A DNA stretch of 64,000 bases, from the NCBI GenBank assembly GCA_032718475.1, contig JAUCBJ010003176.1, positions 6,397 through 70,396 on the forward strand. The letters are read 5' to 3'. This document shows positions 26,938-39,180 of the stretch, piece after piece (the stretch's first letter is position 1; each line of letters begins with the position of its first letter). The position numbers and the translations under genes are program-made. This DNA comes from Nemertoderma westbladi. Taxonomy: Eukaryota > Animalia > Xenacoelomorpha. The notes under the pieces are model-generated. The model did not search any database and had not been told where the DNA came from. It saw only the letters and a list, made by a program, of their open reading frames with translations.

Positions 26938-26939
26938 AG

Positions 26940-27067
26940 GTAGCGGAACGAGCGCTCTATTACTGGAACAACGAATACATCGTACAAAACTTAGAGGAAA
27001 ATGGGACAGAACTAATGCCCCTTCTGTTCCCAGCTTTGTACAAAATATCCAAGGAACATTGGAACGC
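26940..27067 (+). CDS. PPP2R5: PP2A B56 exon C2 (128 nt; duplicated alternative)
   Basis: tgccag|GTA...GC|gtgagt; [42 protein letters not shown](A); same length and phases as C1, no stop codon. Confidence 0.9.
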
Positions 27068-27399
27068 GTGAGTGATAGTTGCAGATCATTAGATTCAATT
27101 AGAATTAACATGAACTGATCAGAGTCATATAATATGACTTTAATTAACATGAACTCATCAGAGTCATATAATATGACTTTAATTAACATGAATTGGACTG
27201 TTCGTTATTTAGCTTATTGGCAGCAAAAAAACACATAATTTCGAAATGATAACACCACCAACCACTTAGTGGGTGAGCCAGAATTTTTATTTTTTGCTTT
27301 TAATCTTTAGCTACAAGCGTTTAAAAAGTGTCTCTTTCGATATTGTACCACTCCCTCCGCAGTTATTCTTCAACCTTATAGCGAGTTGTTGGTACTGAT

Positions 27400-27700
27400 A
27401 GACAGCCAGAGGATTCCAAGTATGTAAAAACATTTGGATTTGGTTGAAAATACCTGAGACATGGGCATTTGAAAGTTGCATGTATTTTCATCTGCACTGG
27501 GCTATTTATTCTGTTTAATAAATTCCATTAATCTGAAATATTTTTCTAATGTTCTAGAACATGACTTATTTATTCAATAGAATAAATGGCCTTCAACGGT
27601 TGCAAATATATGCAACTTTCGAATGCTAATATCTCAGCTATTTCCAACCAAATTCAAATGTTTATATATATTTGGAATCCGTTCATGTTGTTCAGCTTTC
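27400..27700. mobile_element. Foldback/MITE-like element with long imperfect inverted arms
   Basis: 27411-27490 (ggattccaagtatg...gaaagttgcatgtattttca) is an imperfect reverse complement of 27601-27680. Confidence 0.7.
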
Positions 27701-27813
27701 CATTGGTATACATGGTATCACTATACACCATGTCCCAGAATATAGTGTCGTAATTCAGTGACACGGCCACCCCCCTACTTTTTTTTACAAATCGTAATGA
27801 GATTGCTTGAAAT

Positions 27814-28966
27814 AATGTAAACTCATAATGTAAACACAGAATGTAAACACAGAATGTAAACAAAGAATGTAAACAAAGAATGTAAACACACATTGTAAAC
27901 AAAGAATGTAAACAAAGAATGTTAACAAAGAATGTAAACACAGAATGTAAACAAAGAATGTAAACACAGAATGTTAACAAAGAATGCAAACAAAGAATGT
28001 AAACACAGAATGTAAACAAAGAATTTTAACAAAGAATGTAAACACATAATGTAAACAAAGAATGTAAACACATAATGTAAACACATAAAGAATGTAAACA
28101 CATAAAGAATGTAAACACATAATGTAAACTCATAATGTAAACACAGAATGTAAACAGAATGTGAACACATAATGTATACACAGAATGTGAACACTTAGTG
28201 TAAACACAGAATGTAAACAAAGAATGTAAACACAATGTAAAGAAAGAATGTAAACACATAATGTAAACAAAGAATGTAAACACATAATGTGAACACAGAT
28301 TGTGAACACATAATGTAAACACAGAATGTAAACAAAGAATGTAAACAAAGAATATTAGCAAAGAATGTAAACACAGAATGTAAACACAGAATGTTAACAA
28401 AGAATGTAAACAAGGAATCTAAACACAGAATGTAAACAAAGAATTTTAACAAAAAATGTAAACACATAATGTAAACAAAGAATGATTACAAAGAATGTAA
28501 ACATAGAATGTAAACACAGAATGGAAACAAAGAATGTTAACAAAGAATGTAAACAAAGAATGTAAACACAGAATGTAAACAAAGAATTTGAACAAAGAAT
28601 GTAAACACATAATGTAAACACATAATGTAAACACATAATGTAAACAAAGAATGTAAACACAGAAGGTAAACAAAGAACGTTAACAAAGAATGTAAACACA
28701 GAATGTAAACACAGAATGTAAACAAAGAATGTTAACACAGAATGTTAACAAAGAATATAAACAAAGAATGTAAACAAAGAATGTAAACAAAGAAGTTAAA
28801 CACAGAGTGTAAACAAAGAATGTAAACAAAGAATGTAAACACAGAGTGTAAACAAAGAATGTAAACAAAGAATGTAAACATAGAGTGTAAACAAAGAATG
28901 TTAACAAAGAATGTAAACAAAGAATGTAAACAAAGAATGTAAACAAAGAATGTTAACAAAGAATGT
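27814..28966. repeat. ~13-bp tandem repeat aatgtaaaca(a/c)ag
   Basis: Direct reading; source of the minus-strand FTFCVYILCLHS pseudo-ORFs. Confidence 0.95.
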
Positions 28967-29096
28967 GAATTGAAAAGTTACTGTTAATGCAGTCAATCAA
29001 CAATATAACATAAACTAGACACATAAACTGTATGACGACTAACAACTTAACTGTATTATAAAACGTTACATTATTACTTACCGGTTCCGGCTCCGG

Positions 29097-29365
29097 TTTA
29101 GTTGCTATGGTTTCTCTATGGTACTACTCTTGTTTTTAGTTGCTATGGTTTCCCTATGGTACTACTCCTGTTTGTAGTTGCTATGGTTGCCCTAGGGTAC
29201 TACTCCTGTTTTTAGTTGCTATGGTTTCCCCAAGTATTGCTCTTGTTTAATAGTTGCTATGGTTTCCTCGGCACTGCTCCTATTTTTAGTTGCTATGGTT
29301 TCCCCGGCACTGTTCCTGTTTTTGGTTTCTACGGTTACCCCTTGAACTGCTTCTGTTCTTGGTTG
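29097..29365. repeat. Degenerate ~39-bp minisatellite
   Basis: About 7 copies of ttagttgctatggtttccctatggtactactcctgttt. Confidence 0.8.
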
Positions 29366-29758
29366 TTGCCTTGCCGCTTTTGATTTAATTGATTTCCTAT
29401 GTCTGCATGTAATTAACTATTGTTGCTGTTTCTTACTCTATATTAATTAATGTTAATTAATTTAACCAATGATTCGCAATTTGTTGTTTATTTTAATTAT
29501 TCTTATTTTATAATATTTGTGGGTAATTAATAGTTTCTGTTTTCTGTGAATGAAATGTTTGTTTTTCTTTCGACATTAGTTTTTGGAGACTTTCGTTACT
29601 TTTCAAAGTTTGTTTGTTTGACTTATATTCTTAACTCACCTGATAAATAAATATATTAGTAAATCTGCCTATAATTATTTGTTGCTATTATATGTAGTTA
29701 TTGGTTAATAATGTGTAACATTATTTTCACTATATCTATTTTACTGAGCGTAGCAAGA

Positions 29759-30441
29759 TTAAGTGTAGTATTACCCTATTACCCAGGATGAGACTGATAT
29801 TTTCGAAAATTTTCCAATTTGTTTAATCTATTTCTGTAGTTTGATAGAAAGGAAACATCGGTTTTCACCTTGGAGTAATTTTTATCACCACAAAAGGGCA
29901 CTTCAAAATTTGAAATTTTCGACATTCTTAAAACTTTTTTTCATAAAAATGTTTTTTTTGAATATTTTAGCATTTTCAATATTTTCATAGATAAACTAGG
30001 AAAATACCCCAGGGTCGAACGACGCAGTCCAAAAAGAAACATAATATTTGTGTAAAAAAATATGCATGCATTTATCTCAAAATATATGATCCCCAAAATA
30101 TAGTCCGAACATACTAAAGCTCCCATAAATTTTTCAAAAACTATAATTTTATGCTGAAATTTTCATATCTAGGTGCTAAACTCGTGGACCGAGAACTTCA
30201 ACCCTGGTGGTATTACTGATCCTTCTACATGGGATATTTTACATATAAAAGCCTGAAAATTAATACAATTTTTTAAAAAACGACCTGCACAGGAAGAGCC
30301 ATATGTTTCGAACAAAATGGTTTACGAAGCTGTCCAACATCAGTTTTCAAGTTAAAAAAAGATCACAGATCATTGTGTTAAAATTTCATAATAGTAGCTT
30401 TATAAATAAAATAAATAGATTTGGGGTAATGGACCCCTTAA
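29759..30441. mobile_element. Putative non-autonomous DNA transposon with TTAA-flanked end (Kolobok-like)
   Basis: Right end ggggtaatggaccc|ttaa; possible degenerate left end ttaa|gtgtagtattaccc; second copy at 10473-10875. Superfamily is inferred from the terminus only. Confidence 0.5.
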
Positions 30442-30794
30442 GAATCGAGAGCATAGTGAAAATATGTTTGATATTTAGCATACAATTAGAGTTAGATTGA
30501 TATGCATCGTTGACAGTTGCCTGCTGTCGACTGTCTGTTGTCGGCTGTCGGTTGTCTGTTGTCGGCTGTCGGTTGTCGGTGTAGTATTTACATCCGGGAG
30601 TTGTTAGTTTACATTTGGAATGATTATTTATAAGTTCAGGATAAGAATATCTTTCGAATATGTGTTGGATACGGTTTGTTTAATAAAACAAACTTGTTTA
30701 ATGCAAGTCTGCATCAATCACATACAGCGCCTGGGTCTATAGCAATAGTGTTAACCGAAATCCCGTCCATCTTCAGGATTTCATCTCTGGATAT

Positions 30795-32175
30795 GGATTG
30801 TTTTCGGCTGGAACCCAGTTCAAGAAGCGAACTGGAAAGCTATGGACTCATAGTGGACCCAGTGGTCACAAGTCCCAGATAGACCATATTCTCTTTCGTA
30901 GGAAATACAGGAGCTCTATACGAGACTGTAATGCATTTACACTTCGACCCTTCTCCAGTGATCACCGCCTTATTGTGGCCAAGGTGAGACTTAGTCTGCG
31001 TGCTAGCAGAACAACGAAATCTGCCTTGCCGCGGCATGACTGGTCCTCTCTGTTGCAACAGCCACGCGTGAGATCCAGCTTCACACTACAGCTGAGCAAC
31101 AGGAGGTATGAGGTTCTTGCCTCTGAGACAACAGTTCACTGCGAGGGCTATACTGCCTTGGAAGAAGCAGTTAACTTTGCAGCTGCAGAAACAGTTCCTG
31201 TATACTCTCGAAACAAAGGACCCTGGACGGACCACAAAATTCGGAAGTGCCAAAATGACCTCTATAAGGCGGAGAAAGAGTCCCGACTCAAACAGACTAC
31301 AGCGGCCAAGAATGCAGATAAGGCTGCATCTAGTTGCTACTCTGTTATTCTACAGGAGCTAATAAACCATCAGGGTTAAGGCAGAATCACCTTGAATCAC
31401 TTTGAAAAGCTCCTCAATAATGACAGGGTATTGCCTGATAACTTTATAGAAGTAAAGGTGTCTGAGTCTGTACTCCCAGATATTCCCATTGGCGATATCT
31501 CCTTTGCAGAAGTGAAGGCTGCTGCAAAGAGCATTAAGACCAATCGTGCCAGTGGAGTAGATGGTGTTCCCTCTGAGGTCTTTAAAATACCTGAGTGTTT
31601 GAAGCTCATTTATCCCATCATAGTAGACATGTACAGAACAACAAGAGTCCCACAAGAAATGAAAACAAATAAGTTGGTGCCAGTTCCCAAGAAGGGCAAC
31701 CTAACACTCTATGGTTCTTTTCGGGGCAATCTCATTGATTTCGATTGCTGCAAAGCTATACAATATAATTGTATTAAATCGCATCAGGGATCCCATTGGG
31801 CTCCGTGGAAATCAGAATGGGTTCCGTAAAGGTCGTGGGACCATGGAGCCCATTTTGGCACTTCGAAGGATAATTGAAGAGTTATCATAAATGAAAGACT
31901 GGCATCTGGCAGCTGGCTGTTATCTTTGCTGACTTCTTCAAGGCCTTTGATTCACTATGTTCTACGCATGTCCTTTGATCATCATAATGATGATGGGGTG
32001 ATGGTAACACACCTACTGGCTCCAGAAGACGAGGAAATCATGGAGTGAATAAGCATGGTGGGCAGCCCATGACTTTCTTTGAGACGCATCTTAAAGGACA
32101 CTGGCCTTGAAGATGCGGATAATCTAGCAAATGTCATGGGTGATAGGGAGTTGTGGCGGCGCACTTTTGTCGACA
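30795..32175 (+). mobile_element. Decayed, internally deleted RTE-clade LINE (end of endonuclease, start of RT, C-terminus)
   Basis: WTHSGPSGHKSQIDHIL...SDHRLIVAKV (APE), RASGVDGVPSEVFK, LVPVPKKGNL, NQNGFRKGRGT, IFADFFKAFDS, and C-terminal DRELWR; several frameshifts and stops. Confidence 0.88.
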
Positions 32176-32367
32176 AGCCGGCACAGCATTCTTAATATAT
32201 ATGTAATATATATATATATATATAATGCAGCTGCAATGCAGCATGCCGATCGTAGTAGTAGTAGTTTAATTAAACAGTCGAATGATTTCAGGGAGTTAAT
32301 AAAACGATTGTATATTTACCATTTTTATACAATAATAAATCGGATATCTATTTATTATTCTTTCCAG

Positions 32368-32469
32368 AACTATCGTCGCTTTGGTTTACAACGTCCTTAA
32401 ATCGTTTATGGAGATGAACAGTAAATTATTCGACGAACTCACATCTAATTACAAGGCTGAACGCCAAAA
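32368..32469 (+). CDS. PPP2R5: PP2A B56 exon D
   Basis: ttccag|A...AA|gtgagt; [33 protein letters not shown](K); phase-compatible with either C1 or C2. Confidence 0.95.
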
Positions 32470-33145
32470 GTGAGTATTTTATTGAACGGAGGGGAGGGGG
32501 GGGGGGGGGGGGTGGGGGTCATGTATAAATTTATATAATTAATTAGAGTCCGTTAAACTTAAGTTAGTCCGTTACTACATTCATCTATCAATAATATATC
32601 CGACATCCAATATACGTTTGTTTGGGGCCTATCCAGTTGGTTATAATACATTGTTATATTAGTTTCTAAGTAAATATAATATTCCGATCTTTGTAGTTGT
32701 AAATCATGTATCTATTTGAACTCAGTAGAAAATAATGTGTAATGCACCATTTGTAAAGTTCACTATCACAATATTGAATATAGAGTTTACGTTGTTATAT
32801 TAAAGAAAAACAATTTTTTCTATTTTGGAACTTCCAGTTGGGGAAAATCCATAATATGGGGGGGGGGGGGGAGCGTTTCACTTCAATAGTTTCAGTAATA
32901 ATAATAATGATTTTAATTATTATTCTTATATTTTTATATATAATAGGTAATAGTAAATTAGTAATATTAATATAATATATATATAAAATATATTATTATT
33001 ATATATGTATTTTGTATGAATATTTATTTCGTTGATATATTGAAACGTGATATAAAGTTGCTTTATACTCTGTGTAGTGCGTTTTAAATTTATGATTATA
33101 TACTGCTCTAGTCGTTTAATGAATTAATTAATTCTGTTTTTTAAG

Positions 33146-33269
33146 AGAAAAAAAGAAAGAGAGAGAAAGAGAGGAGCTTTGGAAGCGTTTAGAAAAACTC
33201 GAAGTGCAGCAAACTAATCAGTTAGCGAAACCGCGCCAATCAGGTTACAGAGCTATAGCCGCCCAATAG
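33146..33269 (+). CDS. PPP2R5: PP2A B56 last coding exon
   Basis: ttttaag|A GAA...TAG; EKKKEREREELWKRLEKLEVQQ...IAAQ*, matching the B56 alpha/epsilon C-terminal helix. Confidence 0.92.
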
Positions 33270-34520
33270 TAATAAAGGTTATCCAGCAACCAATCAGCGG
33301 AGTGCTCCTCTCCAACTATTCGATTAGTCGAGGGTTTGCCTAACTGTTGCTCACCAGTTGTTATTGGTTGGTTCTCGGGAGGTTGCATAGCAACATATCG
33401 TTGTTATAAGGAGACCCTCCCATCGAAATATTATTAGACTATAGATAAATAGGTATTTATATGTAGGGCACTGTTAACTTGTTTGCCCTAGAAATATTTG
33501 TAGTTAACTTGCTTAACTGCAGCTTAATATGGTAGACTTTCACTAATTTGTCGAGTGTTGGTTATTTTAGATGTACAGTGAGGTTTAGTGCATTTTACTT
33601 TGTAGATTACAGAGTGAACTTTTTAAATTATCGTACATATATTTTTTATAAAGTGTGCTCATTTATATATTAATTGTATTCTCTAGGGGTCTATTTCGTG
33701 ATTTTTTGAATAAGGATTTTCTGAGTTCTCATTAAGTTAACTATTACGTTTATTGTGTTGTGGTTTACATTGGTTAGCAGTTTATAAACACAACTAATTC
33801 GAAATGATGTTATTTTAATGTAAAAGAAACTGTTAGCTTTTTAGGTAAATGTTAATATCGTCTGAATTCTTAATATTTAATAGCCTTAATCTGGCCGATG
33901 TTAGTTCGTATTGGAGTAGTTTGGATTACATTGTTGTAGTTACAGGTATTACTGCTTTAATTTAATTAGAATATTTATTATTACAGACTTACTCATTTAG
34001 TAGAAGGCGTCTTTACTAGTGCCACTAGGAATGGTACGTGTACACAGGTTATTGGCAGTCATCCGTTACCCAGGGAACATAAGTATATGGAACTGTTGCT
34101 TAGCAACACTTGTCCCGAGGTAAATTTAGTTATTCGTTTGAGCTAATATAGTATTTATTTGTACTATTTGGATAGGCATTATAATTTAGGGCTAATATTG
34201 TGAAGCAGCTTTTATTTAGTGTTAATTATTTATTAAAGTATCAAATTGTTCATTTTACTTTAACAAATTTCCTAATTATTTATTAAGTATTCCAACTGAA
34301 TTGTCTTCATAATTAATTATTGTAGGATTTGTGGTTCGAAACAATCAACATTTTGTGTTTCTTAATCACCTTCTGTGACTGACGTCATAAAATATTTTGT
34401 AGGTCTATCAGCTGTTTCCCAGATATTCCAATGGGATTCCTGTAACCACTTGCCCATTTAGCCCTCCGTTTATTAAATATAATAAACAGTTGATTTTAAC
34501 TTCGTACTGCAGTAGTTCAA

Positions 34521-37453
34521 CGCGTACCGCAATAGTTTTACTATCGCGTACCGCAATAGTTTTACTATCGCGTACCTCAATAGTTTTACTATCGCGTACC
34601 GCAATAGTTTTACTATCGCATACCGCAATAGTTTTACTATCGTGTACCGCAATAGTTTTACTATCGTGTACCGCAATAGTTTTACTATCGCGTACCTCAA
34701 TAGTTTTACTATCGCGTACCGCAATAGTTTTACTATCGCGTACCTCAATAGTTTTACTATCGCGTACCTCAATAGTTTTACTATCGCGTACCGCAATTGT
34801 TTTACTATCGCGTACCGCAATAGTTTTACTATCGTGTACCTCAATAGTTTTACTATCGCATACCGCAATAGTTTTACTATCGCGTACCGCAATAGTTTTA
34901 CTATCGCGTACTTCAATAGTTTTACTATCGCGTACCGCAATAGTTTTACTATCGCATACCGCAATAGTTTTACTATCGTGTACCGCAATAGTTTTACTAT
35001 CGCGTACCGCAATAGTTTTACTATCGCGTACCTCAATAGTTTTACTATCGCGTACCGCAATAGTTTTACTATCGCGTACCGCAATAGTTTTACTATCGCG
35101 TACCGCAATAGTTTTACTATCGCGTACCGCAATAGTTGTACTATCGCGTACCGCAAATAGTTTTACTATCGCGTACCGCAATAGTTTTACTATCGCGTAC
35201 CGCAATAGTTTTACTATCGCGTACCGCAATAGTTTTACTATCGCGTACCGCACTAATTTTACTATCGCGTACCGCAATAGTTTTACTATCGCGTACCGCA
35301 ATAGTTTTACTATCGCGTACCGCAATAGTTTTACTATCGCGTACCGCAATAGTTTTACTATCGCGTACCGCAATAGTTTTACTATCGCGTACCGCAATAG
35401 TTTTACTATCGCGTACCGCAATAGTTTTACTATCGCGTACCGCAATAGTTTTACTATCGCGTACCGCAATAGTTTTACTATCGCGTACCGCAATAGTTTT
35501 ACTATCGCATACCGCAATAGTTTTACTATTGCGTACCGAGCGTACCGCACTAATTTTACTATCGCGTACCGCAATAGTTTTACTATCGCGTACCGCAATA
35601 GTTTTACTATCGCGTACCGCAATAGTTTTACTATCGCGTACTTCACTAGTTTTACTATCGAGTACCGCAATAGTTTTACTATCGCGTACTTCACTAGTTT
35701 TACTATCGCGTACCGCAATAGTTTTACTATCGTGTACCGCAATAGTTTTACTATCGCGTACCGCAATAGTTTTACTATCGCGTACCGCAATAGTTTTACT
35801 ATCGCGTACCGCAATAGTTTTACTATCGCGTACCGCAATAGTTTTACTATCGCGTACCGCAATAGTTTTACTATCGCGTACCGCAATAGTTTTACTATCG
35901 CGTACCGCAATAGTTTTACTATCGCGTACCGCAATAGTTTTACTATCGCGTACCGCAATAGTTTTACTATCGCGTACCGCAATAGTTTTACTATCGCGTA
36001 CCGCACTAATTTTACTATCGCGTACCGCAATAGTTTTACTATCGCGTACCGCAATAGTTTTACTATCGCGTACCGCAATAGTTTTACTATCGCGTACCGC
36101 AATAGTTTTACTATCGCGTACCGCAATAGTTTTACTATCGCGTACCGCAATAGTTTTACTATCGCGTACCGCAATAGTTTTACTATCGCGTACCGCAATA
36201 GTTTTACTATCGCGTACCGCAATAGTTTTACTATCGCGTACCGCAATAGTTTTACTATCGCGTACCGCAATAGTTTTACTATCGCGTACCGCAATAGTTT
36301 TACTATCGCGTACCGCAATAGTTTTACTATCGCGTACCGCAATAGTTTTACTATCGCGTACCGCAATAGTTTTACTATCGCGTACCGCAATAGTTTTACT
36401 ATCGCGTACCGCAATAGTTTTACTATCGCGTACCGCAATAGTTTTACTATCGCGTACCGCAATAGTTTTACTATCGCGTACCGCAATAGTTTTACTATCG
36501 CGTACCGCAATAGTTTTACTATCGCGTACCGCAATAGTTTTACTATCGCGTACCGCAATAGTTTTACTATCGCGTACCGCAATAGTTTTACTATCGCGTA
36601 CCGCAATAGTTTTACTATCGCGTACCGCAATAGTTTTACTATCGCGTACCGCAATAGTTTTACTATCGCGTACCGCAATAGTTTTACTATCGCGTACCGC
36701 AATAGTTTTACTATCGCGTACCGCAATAGTTTTACTAACGCGTACCGCAATAGTTTTACTAACGCGTACCGCAATAGTTTTACTATCGCGTACCGCAATA
36801 GTTTTACTATCGCGTACCGCAATAGTTTTACTATCGCGTACCGCAATAGTTTTACTATCGCGTACCGCACTAGTTTTACTATCGCGTACCGCAATAGTTT
36901 TACTATCGCGTACCGCAATAGTTTTACTACCGCGTACCGCAATAGTTTTACTATCGCGTACCGCAATAGTTTTACTATCGCGTACCGCAATAGTTTTACT
37001 ATCGCGTACCGCAATAGTTTTACTATCGCGTACCGCAATAGTTTTACTACCGCGTACCGCAATAGTTTTACTACCGCGTACCGCAATAGTTTTACTATCG
37101 CGTACCGCAATAGTTTTACTATCGCGTACCGCAATAGTTTTACTACCGCGTACCGCAATAGTTTTACTATCGCGTACCGCAATAGTTTTACTACCGCGTA
37201 CCGCAATAGTTTTACTATCGCGTACCGCAATAGTTTTACTATCGCGTACCGCAATAGTTTTACTATCGCGTACCGCAATAGTATTTCAAACGCGTACAGC
37301 AATAGTTTTACTATCGCGTACCGCAATAGTTTTACTACCGCGTACCGCAATAGTTTTACTATCGCGTACCGCAATAGAATTACAAACGCGTACCGCACTA
37401 ATTTTACTATCGCGTATCGCAATAGTTTTACTATCGCGTACCGCAATAGTTTT
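34521..37453. repeat. 24-bp tandem satellite (about 122 copies)
   Basis: Unit cgcgtaccgcaatagttttactat; source of the 8-aa-periodic ORFs on both strands. Confidence 0.97.
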
Positions 37454-39180
37454 AATACCTTAGTGCTCAATAAACTAACTTATTGGTGCATTTATTTGTG
37501 TTGTTGGTTGTGCGATTCGTATCAATTGGTTTAGTATAGAAACCTGGATTTAATGCATCAGATAATGTCGCCCATTACTGTGCAGTTTGTGTTAGTTTTC
37601 CCCGTTGCTAGGTAACTAGGGTAACAACACTTGCTATATGTTGTCTGATACATTTTTTCACGGTTTAGTTTTTGACATTTGAGGGATATAGTTTATTTTA
37701 CTGTTACTAAATTACTTATTTTTGACCTCGAATGTGATTATTTATATCAAGGTTTATTAGAAGTGGTTTGTGTATGTTGTAGTGTGGGTAGTATCGTTAT
37801 AGTGTGGAAAATATCAGTGTAGTGTGAACTATATCAGTGTAGTGTGAACTATATCAGTGTAAGTAGTGCGGATATCATTGTTTATCAGTATTTTATCAGC
37901 GTTGCTATTCATCAATTTATTATTTACATTGGATTATTTGCTGTATATAATTGCTGATATACAATTAATAATATTAAACTCATTTTGTTGATAAATAATT
38001 AAGGGGCGAGGCATGGAGTTAGATATGAGCCTAGCCTAAGATCTACTTGAAAGTGGATCACTTGTATACAAACGATTTTATACGGCTGATTTAGGCCAAT
38101 TTTGTTTCTTTTTCGATTTGCAAATAAGTTTAATAGCAATTCAAAGTAGCCAATCACAGCGTCAGTGTAGCTTTAAATCTTTTCTAGGATATGCAAATCG
38201 GTTTTTACAAATACGAGTGACGAATAGCTTGAAATATTTTTAAGCCAATCAAATAACTCAAGGTTGCCTCGTGCTGGTAGCGTAGTGGAGGGGAATTCAA
38301 ATTTAACAATTCACTACAAACAGAACCCAAACATATTAATATTATTTTCTTATTGAAATAATAACAACTAATAAGCTACATGGATACACCACGACCCTTA
38401 ATGTAGGAACGTTCTTGTAACATTTTGTTTATGTATACGCTTTGGTATTATTTTAAATGATATGTAAAAACCGATACTAATGTGAAGAATAGCTGTGATG
38501 CGATTTCGCAAGACTTTTTTATAAAACACTTTTTAAAGGCAAAATCGAAAATTCCGGCTTCAATTCAACGGCGAATTGAACTAGTTTTGTGTTTCAAATT
38601 TCAGGCAATGTGATGAAAATTGTTTGTTTGTGTGTGTGTGGGGGGGGGGGGGGGGGGGGGGGTGGTCCGTGTCATCAGAAAATTATCTCTATTACGGGTC
38701 ATGGTGTACCTATACCTACACAATTTAATTAATCATGTTAATATAATTCATTTAATCACAAATATTAATTTATGTACAGTACAAATATTGTTTTATTTGA
38801 TTAAAATGACAACTAATAATAAGTTCTATCTTGTCTCAATGGTATTTGAGTTAGAAATGTTACTTTGTAAGAATTAATCTAATAGGGCGGGGCCTAAAGA
38901 GTTTATTTAAGATAGGCAAATCAAATAAAACCAATCAAACATTAGGTAAATCACATCAATCAGCTTGTAAAAAAATGCATAAGAAGTTTGTCGACAATAA
39001 ATTGAACGCTGTGGTTATAGGTATATGAATATAAGAGTGATGATATCATTGATTTTGGCTAGTCGTATAAGAAGTAAGCCCAGCTTTGTGAGTGGTCAAT
39101 CTGCAGTTTGAAAATAAGAGTTACATAGTAACACAAACTTTTAGATACGTTTTTAAAATCCAATAGTGTCTACTGCACCG

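Noticed and set aside
26940-27067. Exon C2 as assembly artefact or dead duplicate
   Set aside because: Too diverged from C1 for an artefact; synonymous-biased changes and intact splice sites argue against decay.
27654-28959. Hydrophobic Cys-rich minus-strand ORFs
   Set aside because: Translations of the 13-bp repeat.
34408-37534. ~1000-aa ORFs on both strands
   Set aside because: 24-bp unit without stops in several frames; no unique coding content.
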